Part shown: in pieces, positions 57,464-64,000 of the stretch | How the letters are laid out: each line of letters opens with the position of its first letter | Numbering within the stretch: the stretch's first letter is position 1 | Notes under the pieces: generated by a model | Database searches by the model: none | Seen by the model: the letters and a program-made list of their open reading frames with translations, nothing else | Told to the model about the DNA's origin: nothing | NCBI GenBank assembly: GCA_905614355.1 | Contig: CAJQSN010000010.1 | Span: 8,868-72,867, forward strand | Direction of reading: 5' to 3' | Length of the DNA: 64,000 nt | From: an uncultured Rhodospirillales bacterium | Lineage (GTDB): Bacteria; Pseudomonadota; Alphaproteobacteria; Rhodospirillales; UBA2165 | Made by a program: the position numbers and the translations under genes

Positions 57464-58481
57464 TATTAAAATTTCTGTAAAAAATCTTTATAAGATATTT
57501 GGTGATAACCCCAGTGAAATGATTGAACATCTAGAGGCCGGTTATACAAAAGAATCCTTATTAAAAGAATTCGGGCATGTTTTAGGTCTTAGAAAAATTA
57601 ATATGGATATATTACAGTCAGATACACAGGTTATTATGGGTCTGTCCGGATCAGGAAAGTCAACTTTAGTCAGACATTTTAATAGATTAATAACGCCTAC
57701 AACAGGTGATATCATTATCGACGATGAAAATATTATTAAGAAAACTGATTTGGAAATTCGTAATATGCGTCGCCATAAAATCTCTATGGTTTTCCAAAAT
57801 TTTGCTTTATTCCCCCATCGAACAGTTTCTCAAAATATAGCATATGGTCTTATTACACAGGGTCTAGAACAGGGTAAAATTAATTCAAAGATCGATAAGT
57901 GGATTGATAAGGTCGGTTTAAATGGATTTGAAGACCACTACCCCTCCCAACTCTCAGGAGGAATGCAACAAAGAGTTGGCTTGGCTAGGGCCTTGGCTAC
58001 TGATGGCGAAATAATTCTTATGGACGAACCGTTCTCAGCGTTAGACCCACTGATCCGAGAAGAAATGCAAGAGGTCCTTTTAAAGTTACAAAAAGATATA
58101 CAAAAAACTATTATATTCATAACGCATGATCTAGATGAAGCGCTAAAGCTTGGCGATTCAATCGCAATTCTTAACAACGGAGAGATTGTCCAAAAAGGAT
58201 CACCTCAAAATATCATACTACGGCCAATTAATAATTACGTTGCCAAATTCACTAAGAATATCAACCGTAGTCGCGTAATCCAGGTATCATCGATTATGGA
58301 TGATGATCTAAAAGTTAATGGTCCAACAATAGACGGAAATATGCTGATTGAAAATGCACTTGAGGTTTTATCAGAAAAAGGTTCATTAACGGGAATTGTC
58401 ACTCATAATTCCAAACCAATAGGTTCAGTTAATTTGTATAAATTGATTAAAGTGATTAATCAGCCTGCGCTTATAAAGTAG
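57456..58481 (+). CDS. glycine betaine-type ABC transporter ATP-binding protein with C-terminal CBS-like region (ProV/OpuAA type)
   Basis: The ATG at 57456 (MSNIKISVKNLYKIFG) overlaps the permease stop. The track start at 57396 lies inside the permease gene. Motifs [33 protein letters not shown]. Confidence 0.85.
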   Translation: MSNIKISVKNLYKIFGDNPSEMIEHLEAGYTKESLLKEFGHVLGLRKINMDILQSDTQVIMGLSGSGKSTLVRHFNRLITPTTGDIIIDDENIIKKTDLEIRNMRRHKISMVFQNFALFPHRTVSQNIAYGLITQGLEQGKINSKIDKWIDKVGLNGFEDHYPSQLSGGMQQRVGLARALATDGEIILMDEPFSALDPLIREEMQEVLLKLQKDIQKTIIFITHDLDEALKLGDSIAILNNGEIVQKGSPQNIILRPINNYVAKFTKNINRSRVIQVSSIMDDDLKVNGPTIDGNMLIENALEVLSEKGSLTGIVTHNSKPIGSVNLYKLIKVINQPALIK

Positions 58482-58647
58482 CGGGGTAGCCTTAAGTAGT
58501 CCAAATTTTATTCATTAACACTGATTCACTTTTAATAAACTAGACAGATGTTTGGTTATCACCTCCATGCTCCTCGATGTTCCAATAATGAGCTAACTCT
58601 GCATATTTTGAACATGGCAGGGAGCATTCCAGCATCAACTCCTATAA

Positions 58648-59967
58648 CTAGAATTCCCTTCTTTCTATCTTAGTTGCAATCAAAGGCCGGCGCATTGATT
58701 CTGGCGGTACCCCAGATTTGAGCGCGGACATCACACCTGCTGCCTCCCAATAATTTTCAACTTGATAAAATTGGCCCGGTGCCCAGGGAAGCTTATCCAA
58801 ATTATTTTTCATCACATTATTATTCTCACGCACAGCTATAACAGGTATCCCTTGTTTTAGCGCTGCCAGCGTGGGCAGACCTAAACATTTATCCGGAATA
58901 ACAAGGCAAGAAATATCCGCTGCCGCAACTAAACCCCTCTCACTCATTACCTCTAGATCTGTTATAATTCGGGGACTACGATGTAAACCTTTTAACATAC
59001 ACTGAACAAATGTCAGAGAAACGGCTTCTGCGGCTAACCGTGGTTCAACAAGCCCAAGATCAAAGTCTGCAACTTTTTGATTTTCTAGCATCGGTGAATG
59101 GGCAGTTGGAATCCCAAATATTAAGGAAACGGCGTGCGTCAGCATTGCTTCTACGCCGCCCCAAGGATTAGGCATTAAACCATTACGGTGGAAATAATCT
59201 TCGTGATATTGATCATCAACATCGATGACAGAGGCGATTGCTACTGCATCAAAAGTTCCTTTATTTTCTTCTATAACAGCTCGAATGCGTTCAAACCCAA
59301 AAATTTTTCCAGCTGCTCTCCCTGATTTTACAAAGTCAGCGACCATTTTGAGAGGAGGAGCAAGCTTCACAACCTTCACGCAATCAAATCCATAAGTTGC
59401 GCGCGCCGCACTTACCGCATTGATAGTATCATTTGAAAACATTTCGATCTCATGATCATCAATAATTACGAGCACCCGGTTTTTGCGTACTGGCTGCAAC
59501 GCCGCAGTACCCATTAAAACATTCGTAATAGTGCTCCCCTCAACGTAAAGTGCGTTTTCGGGTATTTCATTGATATCAGATGCATTTACAACATTTGGAT
59601 GAGTAATCAATAGATCCGATACTTCTGCCAAGACCTGTGCAACAGGTGTCGCATCGCCGGCATGACCCCCTATCTCAGCACCAATTCCAGTCGGGACAAG
59701 GAAAACAGCATTAAAAGAATCCATCCTCTCAATCCTACGGGGAATAAATTTAAAGATTGAGTTGGTTTTCTCAAATAGATCCTTATCAACGCCACTTAGC
59801 GTAGCAAAATCACATTGGTATTCAAGCTCGCTCATGTCTGTAATGGCAAAACGAACTGGTATTTCATCGCGATTTAAATTTGACTGAACGACTTCCTGGA
59901 AGTGACTAAATATATCTTTATCATTGGGCAATTTTGAAATTGCGATTTGTTTTTCTATGAGATCCAT
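58648..59967 (-). CDS. DUF3326-like protein with N-terminal extension (function unknown)
   Basis: The motif FLVPTGIGAEIGGHAGDATPVAQVLA...ITHPNVVNASD is recognised from memory as DUF3326-like. The ATG at 59967 leaves a 10-nt gap after the upstream stop. The track start at 60018 would overlap that gene by 41 nt. Confidence 0.5.
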   Translation of the reverse strand: MDLIEKQIAISKLPNDKDIFSHFQEVVQSNLNRDEIPVRFAITDMSELEYQCDFATLSGVDKDLFEKTNSIFKFIPRRIERMDSFNAVFLVPTGIGAEIGGHAGDATPVAQVLAEVSDLLITHPNVVNASDINEIPENALYVEGSTITNVLMGTAALQPVRKNRVLVIIDDHEIEMFSNDTINAVSAARATYGFDCVKVVKLAPPLKMVADFVKSGRAAGKIFGFERIRAVIEENKGTFDAVAIASVIDVDDQYHEDYFHRNGLMPNPWGGVEAMLTHAVSLIFGIPTAHSPMLENQKVADFDLGLVEPRLAAEAVSLTFVQCMLKGLHRSPRIITDLEVMSERGLVAAADISCLVIPDKCLGLPTLAALKQGIPVIAVRENNNVMKNNLDKLPWAPGQFYQVENYWEAAGVMSALKSGVPPESMRRPLIATKIERREF

Positions 59968-59977
59968 TGGTAACCGT

Positions 59978-60394
59978 TTATACTCTATTAAAAAACCGTG
60001 CGGAATGATCTCTAGCACGAAACCATTCTACAGAAAAGTTTTCCGCAACCTTGGGGTCGTACGCTTTACAGGAGAAAATATTTATATATACAGCCTCTAA
60101 TTGATCGAGAGCATGAATCACAATTGAACTCGTTAAAATAAACTGTACCGCCGATGTGCCCTGAGTATGTGGTGATGTCTGCCGCTCCTCTTCAGGGACA
60201 TTAACATCATCCCAAAAAAACAACTCTTCTCGCTGCATATCAATCAGATCACAAAGCTGTTCAAAATATTGCTGTATGCTTTCCCGAGTAAATTTTGAGG
60301 CATCACAACCGTGAAGATCCAGAATTAGCTCAACACCGTATTTATCGTCTAGAGTACCGACTGCCTTATTAGCTTTATCATCGCCGCTGATCAT
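59978..60394 (-). CDS. S-adenosylmethionine decarboxylase (SpeD/AdoMetDC class 1) fold homologue, divergent
   Basis: By-eye alignment to B. subtilis SpeD: GVELILDLHGCD ~ GRHVISELWGCD, and GTSAVQFILTSSIVIHALDQLEAVYINIFSCK ~ [32 protein letters not shown]. Confidence 0.55.
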   Translation of the reverse strand: MISGDDKANKAVGTLDDKYGVELILDLHGCDASKFTRESIQQYFEQLCDLIDMQREELFFWDDVNVPEEERQTSPHTQGTSAVQFILTSSIVIHALDQLEAVYINIFSCKAYDPKVAENFSVEWFRARDHSARFFNRV

Positions 60395-60552
60395 ATTGGC
60401 ATATTTACATGCGCATAGCAGTAAAAACTCATTATTTATTCCTTATTATAGCGATTTATAAAAATTAACCCTATTAACACAAACATTATATTTCTTACCA
60501 AGTCTTAAATTAACAACAAATAGCTAGGAAAAATAGACTTGGGTTTACGGCA

Positions 60553-61719
60553 CTAGTCTAATATCACATGTGGGATAAATTTTGCGTCTTTACCCGTAAC
60601 CAAATTATTATCTTCACGAATACACAGTCCAACGGGCTTACTTGCGACCATCCAGCAACCAATTAACGGATATTTACCCTCAAAATCCGGAAGGGGCTCA
60701 AAACCCTGAAAAATATGAGGTTTATCCGCATATGGACCATCCGTCTGAAGCAAAGTCACATTATTCTGCACTATCTCAATATTTGCACCTTGCCTTGATA
60801 ACTGGGGTTTCCGGACGTAATTACCAGTATCAATGAGAGCTCTAGATTCAGGATCATCTTCAAAAAAAGCTGGTAACAAATTAGGATGCCCCTCAAACAT
60901 ACCCCACAATAAAGGGAGGAGCCCTTTATTAGAAAGAATAGATTTCCATGGTGGTTCGAAAAATTGCACACCACTAGTTGGTATATGGCTCGCGTAATCC
61001 TCTCCCATGAGCCATTCCCAGGGATAAAGCTTAACTAAACTTGTTATAATCCGATTATCTAGATCAATGAACCGTCCTTGCTCATCAATACCTATATCTT
61101 CCATTTTTAAAAAGCATGTTTCTAGCATAGCCTCGTTCGCACATTCCTCAATATAGTCAAGGGTCCCTTTATCATCTTCAATATCTGCATTACATGCAAA
61201 ATGGGTCAACGTCTCTAAACCGATAACTGAGAAGGCGGCCACAATACTCTCGTGCACATCGTTTAACTGATCGCAACCTTCTGAAACTAAGCCTTTATCC
61301 AACGCATGCTCCAGCCACTCCCACTGAAATACTGCGGATTCATAAAGCGTCGTTGGGGTATCGGCGTTATATTCCAGTAATTTTGCTGGCCCATTACCGT
61401 TATAGGAAAAATCCATCCTACCCAGAAGATTTTTCTCATTATTACGCCAACTGTCGGCGATATAATCCCAAAATTCGTCTGGAATACCTAAACGTTGTAA
61501 CACCGATTCTGTATTAATAGCCCGGTCGACGACCTGTAAACACAGGTCTTCAATTTCTTCAGCAGGGCCCTCTATATCCTCTTTTATCTGGCGCTGAGTG
61601 AATTGGTAACAGGCACTCTCGTCCCAACCAGTGATACCCTCACCAGCTATATATTCCAGGCCATGGTCATTTGCTGCAAGTTCTAAGTTTGCTCGTACAG
61701 TTACGGGAATGCGCTGCAT
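60553..61719 (-). CDS. yjfC: glutathionylspermidine-synthase-family ATP-grasp ligase (YgiC/YjfC type), substrates unknown
   Basis: End-to-end by-eye match to E. coli YgiC/YjfC: LLEYNADTPTTLYESAVFQWEWL, LYPWEW, EPPWKSILSNKGLLPLLWGMFEGHPNLLPAFF, VRKPQLSRQGANIEIV, IGCWMVASKPVGLCIRED. The ATG at 61719 is preferred over the TTG at 61731. Confidence 0.85.
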   Translation of the reverse strand: MQRIPVTVRANLELAANDHGLEYIAGEGITGWDESACYQFTQRQIKEDIEGPAEEIEDLCLQVVDRAINTESVLQRLGIPDEFWDYIADSWRNNEKNLLGRMDFSYNGNGPAKLLEYNADTPTTLYESAVFQWEWLEHALDKGLVSEGCDQLNDVHESIVAAFSVIGLETLTHFACNADIEDDKGTLDYIEECANEAMLETCFLKMEDIGIDEQGRFIDLDNRIITSLVKLYPWEWLMGEDYASHIPTSGVQFFEPPWKSILSNKGLLPLLWGMFEGHPNLLPAFFEDDPESRALIDTGNYVRKPQLSRQGANIEIVQNNVTLLQTDGPYADKPHIFQGFEPLPDFEGKYPLIGCWMVASKPVGLCIREDNNLVTGKDAKFIPHVILD

Positions 61720-61753
61720 TGGGTATTCCAAGTGAGAGAGAAAATACGTCTAA

Positions 61754-62311
61754 TTATGTGGCAGCAGACCCAAATCTACCTCCCGAAGAGCCAAAGCCAC
61801 CACGTGACATAGTACTTTTCTTAAATGAGGGCCGGCTCGTAGCAGATTTAGCAACACTCGTTCGACCAGTGGTAGAGCCCACATTCCGGTTATCAGCAGT
61901 TCGAAAGGCACTGGGGTTTTTTGACGATCTATATAGTGGTTGTGACATCATGGAACTACGCCCACCAAGCATTGATCCCATCATATAACCCATCATCATC
62001 GGCATAAATACAGACCCACCACTTGACGTTTGATAAGGGGCTGTCTCGCATTTTTCGTCACCAAAATCTGCCTGACAATCAGCTTTAGTAGCATATTTTG
62101 GGGCTACTGAGGCGTGTTGGCCGCGTGCCTCTTTGAAACTCGCCTCACACTGGCTGGAACGCATCATAGGATCATTTTTGCACTGTTCCACATCCTTGAA
62201 CACAGATGCATCTACTTTTGGTTCATCACAAGCTGTCAGAGCGATTAAACTTACGCCGACCATCAAAGAAATAGCAATAGAGCTTCGAGACTTAGTCATA
62301 ACTTCTCCCAT
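61754..62311 (-). CDS. yjfM: DUF1190 (YgiB/YjfM) family lipoprotein
   Basis: Lipobox LIALTAC. APKYATKADCQADFGDEKCE and FMPMMMGYMMGSMLGG match E. coli YgiB ([36 protein letters not shown]). Gly/Ser-rich tail. Confidence 0.8.
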   Translation of the reverse strand: MGEVMTKSRSSIAISLMVGVSLIALTACDEPKVDASVFKDVEQCKNDPMMRSSQCEASFKEARGQHASVAPKYATKADCQADFGDEKCETAPYQTSSGGSVFMPMMMGYMMGSMLGGRSSMMSQPLYRSSKNPSAFRTADNRNVGSTTGRTSVAKSATSRPSFKKSTMSRGGFGSSGGRFGSAAT

Positions 62312-62366
62312 CGAAGTGAAATACTTTAAGCATAACGTTATTAAATAAAACGTACACGATTTTTGA

Positions 62367-62777
62367 TCAGTTGGTCATAGATGCTGCATTTAATAAGCCG
62401 CCCGCTAATGAAGCAACACCAAGCCACAAACCACTCGCCATTTCACCCTTTTCTATTCTCTCGGAAATTTTGGGTATGGGGAGGCAAACAAGGTAAAAAA
62501 TTATGATCTGAACAACCACAGCAATTACACCCCAAATAGCACACTCAATTAACGAGACCGAATTAGCTATTGCACTACTCAACGGCAAGCAAAATCCAAT
62601 CAAACTACCGCCAAAAGCTAATGATGCAGCCAGATTATTTTCGCGGATTAATTTAATTTCGGGGTGCGGCGTTACCCAAATATAAACAACCACATAAAAA
62701 AGGGTTAGGACTACTGCAGTTACCATGTACGCTAAAAACCACGGCAGATCATTGAGTGGAGCACTGACTATATCCAT
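62367..62777 (-). CDS. yjfL: DUF350 (YjfL) family inner-membrane protein
   Basis: 136 aa with 4 predicted TM segments. Same position relative to the DUF1190/ATP-grasp genes as yjfL in the E. coli yjfLMC arrangement. Confidence 0.7.
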   Translation of the reverse strand: MDIVSAPLNDLPWFLAYMVTAVVLTLFYVVVYIWVTPHPEIKLIRENNLAASLAFGGSLIGFCLPLSSAIANSVSLIECAIWGVIAVVVQIIIFYLVCLPIPKISERIEKGEMASGLWLGVASLAGGLLNAASMTN

Positions 62778-62939
62778 AAGATCTTAACTCCTTATGTAAA
62801 ACTATTTATAGCTGAAATTAATATCATAATATGCAACCAACCTAAAGCCTATTTCTGAATAACGACGCTCATTTTCGCGCCTTAACTTTTCATACCCTAC
62901 TCATCATTAGCATTTATTTGATATTACATCACGCGGAAA

Positions 62940-63446
62940 TCAAGGCGTTCCTAAATAGTCCCTTTTACCTATCTCCACACCATTATGTCGCAACATATTA
63001 TAGGTAGTTGTTACATGAAAATAAACGTTAGGTATCGCATGGCCTAATAAAAATTGCATACCTTTATAATGTGTCTCTTTATCACGTCGTTTTGTTACGA
63101 TTGGTTTGTCTTCAGTACCGTCTATCTGTTCGGGTGTGAACCCCTCAATGAAGGTTATTGATACAGCAATCCGTTGCTTTAGCTCTTTAATACTTCGTTC
63201 ACTGTCATCGTGAGACGGAATTTCAACACCGGCTAAGCGGGCCACTACACCTTGCGCTGTGTCACACGCGATTTGAACTTGCCGAACCATGCTAAACATG
63301 TCGGGGAACAGACGAAAATCAATAATACATGCGGCATCAATTTTCTTTGCCTCTATGTGCTCTTGCGTTTTATCCAAGATCTTATCCAAGTTTTTTAGTA
63401 TATTAATTAAACGCGGGACGCTTGCCTGGTACATTGAAATTGTCAT
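62940..63446 (-). CDS. DUF1993 family protein
   Basis: 168 aa. The N-terminus MYQASVPRLINILKNLDKILDK and helical-bundle pattern match DUF1993, from memory only. Confidence 0.55.
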   Translation of the reverse strand: MTISMYQASVPRLINILKNLDKILDKTQEHIEAKKIDAACIIDFRLFPDMFSMVRQVQIACDTAQGVVARLAGVEIPSHDDSERSIKELKQRIAVSITFIEGFTPEQIDGTEDKPIVTKRRDKETHYKGMQFLLGHAIPNVYFHVTTTYNMLRHNGVEIGKRDYLGTP

Positions 63447-63688
63447 TGAAATTTTCCATTATTATTTGAGAAATTGTGATTGGAATATACCTGCATGCCT
63501 AGTCTTGCCAAGCCAAATTTTCTATAGACCCCTTAAATACTAATCTAGAACCCTATCAAATCTGTCTTTATTTATCGGGACTTGCCACGGTTGGTGCTTT
63601 AAATTTTTCATCGGCATTGAAGATCCATTCAAGGAAGATGAATGAATATATTAGAAACCCCGCCTACACGAAAATGTTTTGAACCGGG

Positions 63689-63847
63689 ATGGTTGGGAGA
63701 GGGGCGGATAGAGCAGTCCAGCTTGTTGGTGGGGCGGGTTATATTGCATAATATCAAATTGAGCGGCACTATCGTAATGTGAGAATTTTCCGTATCTGTG
63801 AAGGTCCTGCAGAGATTCAGCAGTTAATTATAGCCCGTGAAATGTAA
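63689..63847 (+). pseudogene. acyl-CoA dehydrogenase C-terminal remnant
   Basis: Hand translation: MVGRGADRAVQLVGGAGYIA*YQIERHYRNVRIFRICEGPAEIQQLIIAREM*. This is the ACAD C-terminal signature (QxxGGxGY..ERxYRD..I..I.EGT.EIQ..IIAR) with an in-frame TAA at 63749. Further stops lie upstream and no N-terminal part is present. Confidence 0.55.
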
Positions 63848-64000
63848 AAAAATAAAACCAACTAGATAGGTTTTTGGCCTAAAAAATTATTAAGCACAGA
63901 AGACCAACAAATATCTTTATTTATTGTGTACCTATAAATTGGTCATATGTATCATCGAGATGGCATTTGGCATCGTAATCCTCTCCATCACAGCAATACG

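Noticed and set aside
59968-60018. Upstream start (60018) for the DUF3326-like gene, and likewise 20042 for the ACAD, 57396 for the ProV-type ATPase and 46606 for the DUF1185-like gene
   Set aside because: Each would overlap the preceding gene by tens of nucleotides. Internal ATGs give short gaps or ATGA-type coupling and N-termini typical of the families.
1-64000. Search for CRISPR arrays, rRNA genes, prophage/integrase/conjugation genes, toxin-antitoxin pairs or known defence-system genes
   Set aside because: I saw no regularly spaced short repeats and no rRNA-like sequence. No ORF had integrase, recombinase (other than IS6 DDE), nuclease/helicase-defence or TA-like signatures.

Overview
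64-kb bacterial chromosomal segment. AapJQMP, Liv-type and atu-like gene content suggests an alphaproteobacterium, but the taxon cannot be fixed from sequence alone. It falls into three parts. (1) 1-7.8 kb: a peptide/opine-type ABC importer operon with two family-5 binding proteins and two permeases but no ATPase genes, interleaved with VOC-fold, SnoaL-like and secreted 4-EF-hand proteins. (2) 7.9-28.0 kb: a ~20-kb mosaic island between two 114-bp direct repeats that include the last 14 nt of a tRNA-Ser(CGA) gene (28013-28104, minus strand). It has no integrase. It carries one intact 820-bp IS6-family element plus at least six IS6 end fragments. These bracket three cargo modules: a Liv-type ABC importer, an atu-like acyl-CoA carboxylase catabolic cluster, and a DoxX/LysR pair. 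(3) 28.1-64 kb: a visibly AT-richer accessory-catabolism region. It holds two sulfatases, an ASST-like propeller, two TauE/SafE exporters, two GSTs, two HisC-like aminotransferases, two ALS-like ThDP enzymes, the AapJQMP amino-acid importer, an HpaB-family oxygenase and a glycine-betaine-type ABC importer. The most unusual item is at 58.6-62.8 kb. There a yjfL-yjfM-yjfC-type module (DUF350 membrane protein, DUF1190 lipoprotein, GspS-family ATP-grasp ligase of unknown substrate) is followed on the same strand by a divergent AdoMetDC/SpeD-fold gene and a DUF3326-like gene. I propose this as a candidate uncharacterised amine-generating and amine-ligating system. No CRISPR array, rRNA, prophage or recognisable defence system was seen. 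All family assignments come from motif recognition by eye, not from searches.
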